A stretch of DNA of 64,000 bases from an uncultured virus (IMG/VR IMGVR_UViG_3300017771_000002) (Duplodnaviria > Heunggongvirae > Uroviricota > Caudoviricetes). The number at the start of each line of letters is the position of its first letter. Position 1 is the first letter of the stretch. The notes beneath the pieces are model-generated. The model saw nothing but the letters and a program-made list of their open reading frames with translations, did no database searches and was not told the origin of the DNA. The position numbers and the translations under genes were made by a program. Shown here piece after piece: positions 47,289 through 57,485 of the stretch. The DNA lies in IMG/VR virus record IMGVR_UViG_3300017771_000002; one strand, 5' to 3'.

Positions 47289-48816
47289 TTACGAATTAGA
47301 AAAGCAGCTTTTAGCTGGCCTATTAAAAGACCCGCCTTCCCTCATTGAGATTTCTAATTTCATTGGCCATAAGGATTTTTATTCTGAAACCTCTTTTCTA
47401 CATGCGACTATTTTCAGGGTAATTAAACAGTCTGTTGATGCGGGGGAGGAGCTAGATAATATTATCTTAGCTCAAAGGGTTAATGAAGTTGGACTAAGCT
47501 TTGAAGGAAGTGTTAATGCTGCCGATTACATTAAGTCTCTCGCTATGAGGTCTGTCCCTTCAGGGAATTTGACTAAAACAGCAAAAGAGCTTAAGAAGTT
47601 TTCCATCAGAAGAGAGATTGTAGAGTCTTCAGATTTGATATCAAAGAAGATGAAAGGGATGGCCCCAGAATCTTCTTACAGAGAGATTGTTGAAACCGCT
47701 GATCAGATTTATAACTCCAAGATTAATCTGTTTGATATTGGAAGCGATACTCCTGAAAATATCTATGAAGATATGGAGCATATGATCGAGGAGAGAGGAA
47801 ACAATCCAATCGAAGAGTTTGGAATGATGGGGCCGCACGATAAAGTGAATGACATCTATGGTTCACTTTTACGCCCGGGTAATATCACTGTTATTGTTGC
47901 TCGTTCTGGAGTTGGTAAGACTCAGTTCTGTATGGATTATGCGACTAAGGTCGCACTAAAATACAATGTCCCAGTTTTACATTTTGATAATGGCGAAATG
48001 AGTAAAGAGGAACTGATCATGCGTCAGTGTGCGGCTCATTCTGGAGTCCCAATGCATCTTCTTGAAAGTGGCAAATGGAGACAAGCTGGGCAAGATGTGG
48101 TGGATAAAGTTAGATCTGTATGGCCAAAAATAAGTAAATTAAAATTCTACTACTACAATGTTGGCGGTATGGATGTTGATGTAATGATTAACACTCTTAA
48201 GAGGTTCTACTACTCAACTGTTGGTAGGGGAAACAAGATGGTTTTCTCTTTTGATTACATCAAAACAACTAACGACTCTACAGGCAACAAGAATGAGTGG
48301 CAGGTTGTTGGTGAGATGGTAGACAAGTTTAAAAGATGCATTCAGAAGGAAGTGCTTGAAAACGGAGACCCAGTTATCCCAATGATTACTTCTGTTCAGT
48401 CAAACAGGAGCGGCATTACAACAAACAGAAACTCTCAAAACATTATTGATGACGAGAGTATTGTGTCCCTCTCTGATCGGATCACACAGTTCTGCTCCCA
48501 CATGTTTATCATTAGGCGTAAGACGGAGGACGAGATACAGTTGGAGGGTCAACGGTTTGGCACTCATAAGATGATCAGTGTCAAGTATAGAAGTTTGGGT
48601 AGAGACATAGCTGGAGCTATTGAACCAGTTCAAGTTGAAGATTCTCTAAGAAAGAACTTTATCAATTTAGACTTCAATAATTTTAATATTACGGAGCGTG
48701 GCGACTTAAGAGATATTGTCGCTGTGCAAAACGGAGATCCACAATTAGATGACAGTATACCAGATGCACCGACAAGACAAGACAGAGACGATATCCCAGA
48801 GCTTGGTTCCTTCTGA
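47278..48816 (+). CDS. dnaB: Replicative DNA helicase (DnaB family)
   Basis: N-terminal DnaB domain (EKQLLAGLL..DFY...H..IF), Walker A ARSGVGKT, EMS, FDYIK and QSNR. Confidence 0.9.
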   Translation: MIYSYELEKQLLAGLLKDPPSLIEISNFIGHKDFYSETSFLHATIFRVIKQSVDAGEELDNIILAQRVNEVGLSFEGSVNAADYIKSLAMRSVPSGNLTKTAKELKKFSIRREIVESSDLISKKMKGMAPESSYREIVETADQIYNSKINLFDIGSDTPENIYEDMEHMIEERGNNPIEEFGMMGPHDKVNDIYGSLLRPGNITVIVARSGVGKTQFCMDYATKVALKYNVPVLHFDNGEMSKEELIMRQCAAHSGVPMHLLESGKWRQAGQDVVDKVRSVWPKISKLKFYYYNVGGMDVDVMINTLKRFYYSTVGRGNKMVFSFDYIKTTNDSTGNKNEWQVVGEMVDKFKRCIQKEVLENGDPVIPMITSVQSNRSGITTNRNSQNIIDDESIVSLSDRITQFCSHMFIIRRKTEDEIQLEGQRFGTHKMISVKYRSLGRDIAGAIEPVQVEDSLRKNFINLDFNNFNITERGDLRDIVAVQNGDPQLDDSIPDAPTRQDRDDIPELGSF

Positions 48817-49834
48817 AGAGTTTGAGAAGGTTTTAAGCTCAATAGGCTATAAACTTATTGATTGTGGTGATCATTGGAGATCACAAGCTTTATATCGTGA
48901 TGGAGACAATGCTACCGCTTTAAAGATTTACAAAAATACTGGAGTCTGGATGGACTTTGTAGAGCCTAAAGGGTCTTTACCTTTTGAAGCTTTAATTCGG
49001 ATGACTGTGGGTGATGACCAGAAGATATCTGAAACTTTAAAAAAAATTAAAAGTGATAAACTTTATACCACCCCAAAAGTAGACAGGATAGAAATGGAAC
49101 AAATTTACCCAGAGGACTGCTTAGATAAGCTTTTCCCAAATTACAAATTCTACAAAGACCGTGGGATCTCAGAGGGAACTCAAATAGCTTTTAAAATAGG
49201 CTTAGCTGGAGTAGGCAAAATGTACCGCAGGATGGTCTTCCCCATCTACAACCAAGACAACCATATTATTGGTTTCTCTGGTCGAAAGATAGACGAGGGT
49301 AACGATTACCCTAAATGGAAGCATATCGGCAAAAAGAATACTTGGGTTTACCCCGCATGTATTCAAGAGAATGAGTGTGGTGCAGAAATTGACCGTTTGA
49401 GTCAGGTCATCTTGGTTGAAAGCATAGGCGATGCAATGGCTCTATATGATCAAGGCGTTAAAAATGTCTTAGTATTGTTTGGGCTTTCGGCTAGCCCTAA
49501 CATTATTAATTATTTATCTAGCAAAGCCTTAGATGACATTTACATTTCAACTAATAATGATTCTAAATCCTCACAGAATAGAGGGTTGATAGCCGCGATC
49601 AAGAATTATCTGAAGCTAGCAAAGTATTTTGATTTAGATCGTCTCACCATCAAACTCCCTCAAAATGGAAATGATTTTGGAGAAATGTATCAAAGTGGCT
49701 ATAATATTGACAACTGGCTCAATAGGGATATAGATCAACAAGAGCAAAAAGATTATATTAGTAATTTTGTCTCTAAGAACCCAACCTTATTCACTAAGGC
49801 GGAAAGTAAAATGGCCCAAAAAATAAATGACTGA
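48749..49834 (+). CDS. dnaG: DNA primase (DnaG-like, Toprim)
   Basis: RMVFPIYN....IIGFSGR...PKWKH and VILVESIGDAMAL. The N-terminal zinc-binding Cys residues are largely absent. Confidence 0.82.
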   Translation: MTVYQMHRQDKTETISQSLVPSEEFEKVLSSIGYKLIDCGDHWRSQALYRDGDNATALKIYKNTGVWMDFVEPKGSLPFEALIRMTVGDDQKISETLKKIKSDKLYTTPKVDRIEMEQIYPEDCLDKLFPNYKFYKDRGISEGTQIAFKIGLAGVGKMYRRMVFPIYNQDNHIIGFSGRKIDEGNDYPKWKHIGKKNTWVYPACIQENECGAEIDRLSQVILVESIGDAMALYDQGVKNVLVLFGLSASPNIINYLSSKALDDIYISTNNDSKSSQNRGLIAAIKNYLKLAKYFDLDRLTIKLPQNGNDFGEMYQSGYNIDNWLNRDIDQQEQKDYISNFVSKNPTLFTKAESKMAQKIND

Positions 49835-50852
49835 TCCTAAAACCCCTCTATCTGCAAGTAGAATTAAAACCGCCCAAGGTTGTTCTTGGTTGTATTGGTG
49901 CAAGTATAAGCTGAAGCTTCCTGATACCAGCAATGACGGAGCAAAAAGAGGCTCTATCTGCCACTTAATATTTGAACTTCTGGGAGAGAAAAAACGGAAG
50001 GTTCATTATGACAAAATCATGGAGGCTCAAGATATTTTTGCTGTGCCTTCTATTGAGCGTTTGATAATGAAGCACGCTCGTCGTGAAGAAGTTGATGATG
50101 AGGATAATATTCAATTAATCAAAGAGATGACCTTTAATGGTCTTAACTACGATTTCTTTGGTGGCGATTTAGACAAGCCCACAAAAGAGCTTTCTGAGCA
50201 GGATTTTGATATCGTAAAGAATGATGGCCAGATAGCTTACAGGGTCAGGGGTTTTATTGATAAACTCTTTTTGTATAAAAAGCAAAAGTTTGCTTTGATT
50301 AGAGACTTCAAGACTAGTAAAGATGTTTTCAAAGGTGATGATCTTGAAGACAACATACAGGATTTAATGTATAGCTTAGCTACAAAGCATATGTATCCAG
50401 AGTATGAAAACAAGCAGAGCGAATTTTTATTCTTAAAATTTGATTTAGATCCAGACGCAAAAAAAAGTGGAGTGATGAGAATGGCTCCTCTGAGCGATGA
50501 TGATCTTTTTGGGTTTGAACTACAGTTGACCGAGATTCAAAAGTATTTGGACGGCTTCTCTGAAGACGATGCCTTATCTAACATGGCTTTAGACAAAGGT
50601 TTTCCCACGGATAAATCATTTAGCGGGAGACTCCTCTGTGGTTTTGCAACTCAAAAAGGAGAATTAAAAAAGGATGGGACAAAAAAGTGGCATTGCGCTA
50701 TGAAGTTTGATTTCTTTTATTATGTTTTTAAAAACGCAAAGGGCCAAATTGTAGGTTCCTGCTTTGAAGAGGAGTTCTCTGAGGATGCTGTTCCAGATGG
50801 TTGCACCCACGAAATTCAATATTATAAGGGTTGCCCCTCTCATTGTTCTTGA
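49827..50852 (+). CDS. PD-(D/E)XK exonuclease (Cas4/AddB-like)
   Basis: LSASRIK...C, RGSICH, RGFIDKL, IRDFKTSK, Q..MY and C-terminal Cys residues. Confidence 0.8.
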   Translation: MTDPKTPLSASRIKTAQGCSWLYWCKYKLKLPDTSNDGAKRGSICHLIFELLGEKKRKVHYDKIMEAQDIFAVPSIERLIMKHARREEVDDEDNIQLIKEMTFNGLNYDFFGGDLDKPTKELSEQDFDIVKNDGQIAYRVRGFIDKLFLYKKQKFALIRDFKTSKDVFKGDDLEDNIQDLMYSLATKHMYPEYENKQSEFLFLKFDLDPDAKKSGVMRMAPLSDDDLFGFELQLTEIQKYLDGFSEDDALSNMALDKGFPTDKSFSGRLLCGFATQKGELKKDGTKKWHCAMKFDFFYYVFKNAKGQIVGSCFEEEFSEDAVPDGCTHEIQYYKGCPSHCS

Positions 50853-50885
50853 TCTTTATTCAGAGTTGTGTAGAATGAGGGAGTA

Positions 50886-51629
50886 ATGACCCCAGTATTT
50901 AAATCTACATATTCGTACGGCAAAAGCATCTTGACTCTGAAAGGCGAGTCAGAAGATTCCGGTTCAGACTCTCTGATCGAAATGTGCCTTGATAATGGCA
51001 TCAAGGATGTTATTCTGGTAGAGGATAACCTTACGAGTTTTATGAAGGCATTCAAAGTCTGTTTGGATAACGATTTGAATCTGTATTACGGCTTGAGGCT
51101 CACTTTTTGCAACGACATGAAGGAGGAGTCTAAAAGCTCTAATCATAAAAATATCATCTTCGCAAAGAATGATGAAGGGTGCAAGTTGTTGAATAAAATT
51201 TATTCTTGCGCTTTTACAGAGGGAGATGGGCGCATAGATTACGCTGCATTCAAAGAGTATTGGGATGGTTCAGCCCTATCCTTTGTGGTTCCCTTCTACG
51301 ACAGTTACCTTTACGAGAATAATTTTCACCAAAAAAACTGTATCCCTAATCTAGAAGGATTAAATCCTGTCTTCTGGAGCGAAGACAACTCTCTCCCTTT
51401 CGACCACCTACTAAATATTAAGCTTGAAGAAGCTGTAAAAAGAAAGCAATATAAGGTTGTCAAGACGAAGACGATACTTTACAAAGAGAAGAAGGATGTC
51501 GAAGCTCTCCAAACATACAAGATTCTTTCGAATAGATCCTTTGGTAAACAATCAACCCTTAGCAGCCCAAACTTAAGCCATTTTGGAAGCGAAGAGTTTT
51601 GTCTGGAAAGTTACCTTGAACAGTCATGA
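50886..51629 (+). CDS. Stand-alone PHP domain of DNA polymerase III alpha (probably inactive)
   Basis: FKSTYSYGKSIL.., YGLRL and IIFAKNDEGCKLLNKIYS match the DnaE N-terminus, but the HxH metal ligands are missing. Confidence 0.75.
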   Translation: MTPVFKSTYSYGKSILTLKGESEDSGSDSLIEMCLDNGIKDVILVEDNLTSFMKAFKVCLDNDLNLYYGLRLTFCNDMKEESKSSNHKNIIFAKNDEGCKLLNKIYSCAFTEGDGRIDYAAFKEYWDGSALSFVVPFYDSYLYENNFHQKNCIPNLEGLNPVFWSEDNSLPFDHLLNIKLEEAVKRKQYKVVKTKTILYKEKKDVEALQTYKILSNRSFGKQSTLSSPNLSHFGSEEFCLESYLEQS

Positions 51630-52258
51630 ATGATCAATTATTAAGATTTGACAAGAAGCAGAAGTATCTAGTTTTAGATACAGAGACTGAAGGCTTGAAT
51701 TTGATCAAGTCGAAACCATACCAAGTGTCTTGGATTATAGCTCAAGGAGACACAATCTTAGAGAAGAATAATAGGTATATTTGGTGGGAAGACTTAAACA
51801 TGTCTGAAGATGCAGCTAGAATCACAAGGTTTAATAAAGACTTTTACAAATCAAAAGCTGAAGATCCAAAAGTTGTTTGGGGTGATTTCTGCAAAGAGCT
51901 TTACAACCCAGAATACAAGATCGTGGGTCAGAACCTCTTGGGGTTCGATGTGTACATGATTAATGTGTGGAGGAAATTGATGGGTTTAGGTTCTGATCAC
52001 TCTTATATAGACAGAATTATAGATACTCTTAGCTTGGCTAGAGCTATAGCAAAAGAGGATAAGCCTGATTTTGACAACTTCATATGTTGGCAGTACGGTT
52101 GGAATAGTTTTTTCCAACGGGGCTTGCGAACGGGGCAAGCAGCACTACTTAAAAAGTACAACATTCCTCACGATAAGGATAGATTGCACGATGCTCTCTA
52201 CGATATCGAGATGAACTTTAAGATTTTCAGAAAGCAGTTATTTAATATAGAGCTATGA
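51626..52258 (+). CDS. dnaQ: DEDDh 3'-5' exonuclease (epsilon-like)
   Basis: LDTETEG, QNLLGFD, IDTL and HDALYD. Confidence 0.85.
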   Translation: MNDQLLRFDKKQKYLVLDTETEGLNLIKSKPYQVSWIIAQGDTILEKNNRYIWWEDLNMSEDAARITRFNKDFYKSKAEDPKVVWGDFCKELYNPEYKIVGQNLLGFDVYMINVWRKLMGLGSDHSYIDRIIDTLSLARAIAKEDKPDFDNFICWQYGWNSFFQRGLRTGQAALLKKYNIPHDKDRLHDALYDIEMNFKIFRKQLFNIEL

Positions 52259-54795
52259 GATACAAAAATCCATTTCCAGCTGGAGTAAAGTTGCCAGAGA
52301 TTGTAGTCCCAAAAGAAATTCTAGATGAATTGGGGTTAGAAGAGGGTAGCCCAAACAAAGAGATCCTATACGAGCTTTCTAGAAAAGGCTTGAGAGAGAA
52401 GGGTATTACTAAACTCCCAAACAATAAGGAGTACTATGATCGAACGGTTATGGAGCTTGAGATCTTTGAGGAGTTAGGATTTATTGATTATATCCTTCTC
52501 AACTGGGACGTACTTCATTATTGTAAAAAACAAGATATCCCGACAGGCGCTGGCCGAGGATCTGCGGCAGGTTCATTAGTCCTGTATCTTTTAGGCGTAA
52601 CAAACATTGACCCAATTGAATATGACTTATTTTTTGAAAGATTCGTGTCTAGAAGCAGAGCAAAACAAATTGAGCATGGTGGTGAAATTTTTCTTGACGG
52701 CTCTCTTCTTGCTGACGTTGACAACGATATTTCTTATAATCGTAGGAGTGAAGTCGTTGAGTACATTGAGAAGAAGTATAAAGGTCGGACATCTAAAATC
52801 TTAACCCTGAATACACTTAGCGGTAAGCTATGTATTAAGGAGTGCGGTAAGATCGTATCTGAACTTAAGGAGATAGATGTAAATCAAATTAGTGATAGCA
52901 TCCCCAAGCAGTTTGGAAAAGTAGCTAAATTAGGGGTCGCTTACGAAGAGAGCGAGTCATTTAAGAAGCACGCAGATAATAACCCCAAAGCATTTAAGAT
53001 AGCTAGAAAGTTAGAAGGCTTAGTAAAAAATACTGGAGTGCATCCTTCGGGAATTTCTATTTGTTATTATCAGCAGTCAGACATTATGCCTCTACAAAAG
53101 ACTAATGATGGGTCTTTGGTTTCAGGCTACGATATGGATGATGTTGCAAGCTTAAGTGTTAAGTTCGATATTCTCGGCCTCAGAACTTTATCAGTTGTCA
53201 ATGATGTTTGCGAGGGGTTAGGTCTAAATGTAAATGATATTGACCCTCATGACCCTTTAATTTATACAGCTTTGTCTAACCTACAAAACCCTCAAGGTCT
53301 ATTTCAGATCGAAGCGGATACAAACTTTAAAGTATGCCAAAAGGTTGCGCCAAGAAATCTTGAGCAGCTTTCCGCTGTCGTAGCGATTGCTAGACCCGGA
53401 GCGTTAGACTTCAAAGATCGCTACGCTGAATATGTTAAGACTGGAGAATCCCAATCGGTGCATGAGTTCTTTGATTCTGTTCTAGACTACACAGGGGGCA
53501 TTCCTCTTTATCAGGAGCAATTAATGAAGATGGCTGTGAAGGTTGGGTTCAGCTTAGACGATTCAGAACAGCTTCGTCGCATTGTTGGCAAGAAGAAGAT
53601 TGATCAAATGCCAGCTTGGAAGGCTAAGATCAGCGAGAAGGTTAGCCAGCTTGAAAATCCAGATCCTGTTATAGCTGACGTTCTATGGAAGGTAGCTGAA
53701 GACTCAGCAAACTACTCCTTCAATAAATCCCACTCAATCAGTTATGCGTATTTGGCAGCTATTACAGTTTATTTAAAATTTAAATATCCACAAGAATTCT
53801 TTTTAAGTCTTTTGAGGTTCGCTAAGTTTGAGCCAAACAGTCATGAAGAGATAGCAAAGATATCTCAGGAGTTGGCTAATTTTGATATTACGCTGCTCCC
53901 GCCAGATCTCAACAAGTCAGATATTGATTTCAAGATTGAGGGTAAGGACATCAGATATGGTCTTAATTCAATCAAGGGCGTTTCTGAGAAGGTTTTGATT
54001 AACCTCTTAGATTTCAGAGAGGGTTCTTTTGCAAACAAGTATGAGGTGTTTGTGGTAGCTAAGCAGGTTGGTCTTAATATCGGTGTATTATCTAGCTTAA
54101 TTCAAGCTGGTCTTTTAGAATCCTTTGTTGATGGTAATCGTTCCGATTTAGTTTTGGAGGCTCAAGTTTTTAATGCCTTAACAGATAGAGAGAAAAGGAA
54201 TTTCATAGCTTTAGGTGAGAATTATAATTACAATATAATAGACTCAATTAATGATGTTATAACGCATGAAATGGTTGCAGATGACAATAAAAAGATTTTC
54301 AGAGATACCAGAATCAACACCTTAAAGAAAAAGTGGGAGCCTTACAAAGAGATTTGCAGACTCAATAAACATTCTATTAAGTATGCAAACTGGTATTTTG
54401 AAACTAAGCTTTTGGGTTACAGTTACTCTTACAGCATCAGGGATATATTCAAGCACCCTGAAGATTATCAATCTTCTGAATCTGTGAAGATGGCGGGTGA
54501 GAGATCTGAAGTAAGATGTGTTGGCGTATTAGCTGATATAACCAAGAGAACAAGCAGGAATGGCAATAAATACGCTAGGCTGGAACTGCACGATGAAAAA
54601 GGTGTGATTAATGCGTTATTTATGGATAGTAATAGAGAATCACGCTTGACAGATTACCTTGATGCTGGTAATAAATTGCCTAAGAAAGACGATGTAGTCA
54701 TACTCACAGGAAGTAAGGGTGACGACATAATATTTGCTAATACAATAAATACTTTAAAAGATAAGATTTATATGAAGCTCTCTCAGGTAAAATAA
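52255..54795 (+). CDS. dnaE: DNA polymerase III alpha catalytic core (family C, lacking PHP)
   Basis: GRGSAAGSLV, FERF, ADVDND, HPSG, KFDILGL, YQEQLM, YSFNKSHS and a C-terminal OB fold. Confidence 0.93.
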   Translation: MRYKNPFPAGVKLPEIVVPKEILDELGLEEGSPNKEILYELSRKGLREKGITKLPNNKEYYDRTVMELEIFEELGFIDYILLNWDVLHYCKKQDIPTGAGRGSAAGSLVLYLLGVTNIDPIEYDLFFERFVSRSRAKQIEHGGEIFLDGSLLADVDNDISYNRRSEVVEYIEKKYKGRTSKILTLNTLSGKLCIKECGKIVSELKEIDVNQISDSIPKQFGKVAKLGVAYEESESFKKHADNNPKAFKIARKLEGLVKNTGVHPSGISICYYQQSDIMPLQKTNDGSLVSGYDMDDVASLSVKFDILGLRTLSVVNDVCEGLGLNVNDIDPHDPLIYTALSNLQNPQGLFQIEADTNFKVCQKVAPRNLEQLSAVVAIARPGALDFKDRYAEYVKTGESQSVHEFFDSVLDYTGGIPLYQEQLMKMAVKVGFSLDDSEQLRRIVGKKKIDQMPAWKAKISEKVSQLENPDPVIADVLWKVAEDSANYSFNKSHSISYAYLAAITVYLKFKYPQEFFLSLLRFAKFEPNSHEEIAKISQELANFDITLLPPDLNKSDIDFKIEGKDIRYGLNSIKGVSEKVLINLLDFREGSFANKYEVFVVAKQVGLNIGVLSSLIQAGLLESFVDGNRSDLVLEAQVFNALTDREKRNFIALGENYNYNIIDSINDVITHEMVADDNKKIFRDTRINTLKKKWEPYKEICRLNKHSIKYANWYFETKLLGYSYSYSIRDIFKHPEDYQSSESVKMAGERSEVRCVGVLADITKRTSRNGNKYARLELHDEKGVINALFMDSNRESRLTDYLDAGNKLPKKDDVVILTGSKGDDIIFANTINTLKDKIYMKLSQVK

Positions 54796-54810
54796 GTATA
54801 ATTATATATA

Positions 54811-57225
54811 ATGTCTCTAACCGATTATAATCTCACACCTAAAGCAAAGAAAGCGATAAAAGACTCTAAACTTTTTGCCAAATCAAATAACCATGCTCTA
54901 ATTAGGATACCTCACTTATTTTATGGGTGCTTATGCAACCTTTCTGACAGGGTTCGACTTCTGCTTGAAAGCAGAGGTATTGAGTACTCAACTAAAGAAT
55001 ATGTAAAAGATTTTAAAGGTTTCTGCACTGAAAACGGCAGCTATTTCTTAAGATCCAAAAACGAAAATGCTTGGCATTCTGAACTAAATGATGTCATATC
55101 TGATGCCAAATCATTCGCTGACGATAATGAAGACTTTTTTATTGGGGTAGATCATATACTCTACTGCATTTTGTCTTCTCAGTTCTGCAAGGCTATACAG
55201 TCAGACTCATGTGACGTTTTGAGTATGTCTGAAGTTCTTCTTGAATTGATTATAGATGCTAATTTAGCGGTTCCTAAATCGGAAATTTTTCATCCCGAAG
55301 AGAAAGAATCAAAAGAGTTTTTAGAGTTACTTAAGACATCTATGGGTGATGAGCCTTCTAGATTTTTATCTGAGTATTGCGTAAACCTTAATGATCAAGC
55401 CATGCAGGAAAATCAAGTACCTATAACCTCAAGAGATGAGGAGATAGATAGTTTGATTGAGATTCTGTCAAAAAAGAATAAAAGCAACGCTATATTGCTG
55501 GGAGATTCTGGAGTTGGTAAAACGGCGATTGCTGAAGGTCTCGCTCAAAAAATAGTTAGGGATGAAGTCCCAGCCCACATCAGCTTATGCACTGTATACA
55601 GCGTTGATATGCCGTCTATGGTGGCTGGTACTCAATACAGAGGTCAGTTTGAGGAGAGGTTCAAAGGCTTGCTTAAAGACGTTGAATCACACCCTGAAGC
55701 GATCTTGTTTATTGATGAGATTCACACTCTGATGGGTGCTGGCAACTCCAGTGAGAACGGTATAGACGCTTCAAACATGCTTAAACCTGCGCTTGCCAGA
55801 GGAGACGTTAAATGCATAGGAGCTACGACCTTCAAAGAGTACGAAAAGTCTTTTGGTAAAGATCCCGCTCTTAAAAGAAGATTCGATAAGGTTGAGGTTA
55901 AAGAGCCAACAAAAGAGCAGACGGAGCTTATGATCAACAATAGCATCTCATACTATGAAAATTTTCACAAAGTTAAATACTCGAAAAGAAATATCCGAGA
56001 CATCTTAGATCTAAGTGAAATTTATTTATCAAATAAAAAGTTTCCTGAAAAAGCTTTTGATGTTATTGACCAAGTTGGAGCGAAAGCGAAAATCGAACAG
56101 GACTATCCTGCTGAAGACTTAGCTAATATTAGAGAAAGATTTTCTGCAAAAGGCGAGGACTCAGATACTGAGGAAGTAACGGGGGAATTGATTAAAGAAT
56201 ACATTAAAGATCTAGTTTCTTACATAGATAAAGAAGATAAGAAAAGAAAAGTTTCAAGGAATCAGATCCTTGAGGTCTTTGAAAAGAAGACGGGTATACC
56301 CAAAAAAATAATCGGGGAAAGTAACAAATCTTTTTCTAATTTCAAGAAGAAGATGCGGTCAGAAGTATTTGGTCAGGATGAAGCTTTAGAAAGGATTTAC
56401 AATATCCTCTGTTCTGTGAAGGTGGGGTTAAACGACCCGAATAAGCCTTTGGCTAACTTCTTATTTGTTGGCCCAACTAGCGTAGGTAAGACATTTACAG
56501 CTAAAAACATCGCTAAACACTTTTTTGGCAACAAGAATTCATTCCTTCAAATCAACATGAGTGAATACCAAGATAAGACTGGCATCTCTAAATTGCTTGG
56601 GGCAAATGCTGGTTATGTTGGCCATGAAGATGGGGGAATCCTAAGTGAATTTGTTATAGACAATCCAAACTCTGTCATTCTGTTTGATGAGATCGAGAAG
56701 TGTGATCCCAAAATTCTAGATCTACTCTTGCATCTACTCGACGAGGGTTACATTTCAGATAGCTTCAATAGACGTATCGACTTCTCAAAATGCATTATTG
56801 TGATGACGACTAACATTGGACACAAAGAAGCTACAAAAAACACAATGGGCTTTATGTCCGAAAAGAATGAACAGGACTCTTACAAAGAAAGCTTGAGTAA
56901 ATATCTGCGACCAGAGCTAATAGCAAGAATTCAAAATACCCTAATCTTTAACACGTTGAATGATGAGATTATGGCGAATATCGTGGGTGTAGAAATAAAT
57001 AAGATTAAAAACCGTTTATCTGGTAAAGGGATTAATCTTTCCGTCCCAAAAACAATCCAGAAGTTTCTAGTTGAGGAAATTAAAGCTAAAAAACTAAATG
57101 CTAGGAACATAAAAGCCTTAGTTGTGAAGCTAATTCAGTTCCCACTAGCCTCATTTATTATGGATGGAGAGAAAAACAAAAAATTGTCACTAAAAGTTGT
57201 TGACAAGACTATCAAAGTATACTAA
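54811..57225 (+). CDS. ClpA/ClpC-like Hsp100 AAA+ ATPase
   Basis: Double Clp-N repeat, GDSGVGKT/FIDEIH, GPTSVGKT/LFDEIEK and an MGF loop. Confidence 0.9.
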   Translation: MSLTDYNLTPKAKKAIKDSKLFAKSNNHALIRIPHLFYGCLCNLSDRVRLLLESRGIEYSTKEYVKDFKGFCTENGSYFLRSKNENAWHSELNDVISDAKSFADDNEDFFIGVDHILYCILSSQFCKAIQSDSCDVLSMSEVLLELIIDANLAVPKSEIFHPEEKESKEFLELLKTSMGDEPSRFLSEYCVNLNDQAMQENQVPITSRDEEIDSLIEILSKKNKSNAILLGDSGVGKTAIAEGLAQKIVRDEVPAHISLCTVYSVDMPSMVAGTQYRGQFEERFKGLLKDVESHPEAILFIDEIHTLMGAGNSSENGIDASNMLKPALARGDVKCIGATTFKEYEKSFGKDPALKRRFDKVEVKEPTKEQTELMINNSISYYENFHKVKYSKRNIRDILDLSEIYLSNKKFPEKAFDVIDQVGAKAKIEQDYPAEDLANIRERFSAKGEDSDTEEVTGELIKEYIKDLVSYIDKEDKKRKVSRNQILEVFEKKTGIPKKIIGESNKSFSNFKKKMRSEVFGQDEALERIYNILCSVKVGLNDPNKPLANFLFVGPTSVGKTFTAKNIAKHFFGNKNSFLQINMSEYQDKTGISKLLGANAGYVGHEDGGILSEFVIDNPNSVILFDEIEKCDPKILDLLLHLLDEGYISDSFNRRIDFSKCIIVMTTNIGHKEATKNTMGFMSEKNEQDSYKESLSKYLRPELIARIQNTLIFNTLNDEIMANIVGVEINKIKNRLSGKGINLSVPKTIQKFLVEEIKAKKLNARNIKALVVKLIQFPLASFIMDGEKNKKLSLKVVDKTIKVY

Positions 57226-57228
57226 TAT
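57200..57228 (+). promoter_or_regulatory. Sigma70-type promoter, leaderless
   Basis: TTGACA-N17-TAATAT-N6-ATG(57235). Confidence 0.65.
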
Positions 57229-57234
57229 AAAAAC

Positions 57235-57450
57235 ATGAGCAATTCAATTCTAAAAGCCATTCGTAATTCAAAAGGACGTTTCTTTGGACTTTACACCAAG
57301 CAGGGCGAATCTCTAAACGCCCGTCTTGAGTCCGAGACGGATCAAACAATTGTAATCTATGATCGCAATTTTAATCGTACTCGCCGCTTCTCTAAGAGTA
57401 GCATTGCTGGAGTTCGTTCAGAGTCCCGCACCTTCGGTCGAGTTCGTTAA
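57235..57450 (+). CDS. Small basic hypothetical protein (71 aa)
   Basis: Has its own promoter and terminator, with biased codons (CGT, TCT). Confidence 0.7.
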   Translation: MSNSILKAIRNSKGRFFGLYTKQGESLNARLESETDQTIVIYDRNFNRTRRFSKSSIAGVRSESRTFGRVR

Positions 57451-57485
57451 TTTTCAACGGGTATAGTATTCAGTAGTCATAACGC

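Noticed and set aside
49827..50852. Cas4-like nuclease as evidence for a CRISPR-Cas system
   Set aside because: No repeat-spacer array or other cas genes are seen. Such nucleases are common in phage replication modules.
50868..50873. GTGTAG before the PHP gene as a member of the GTGTAA motif set
   Set aside because: Equally explained as a host-type promoter (TTGATC-N16-TAGAAT), so it is ambiguous and was not counted.
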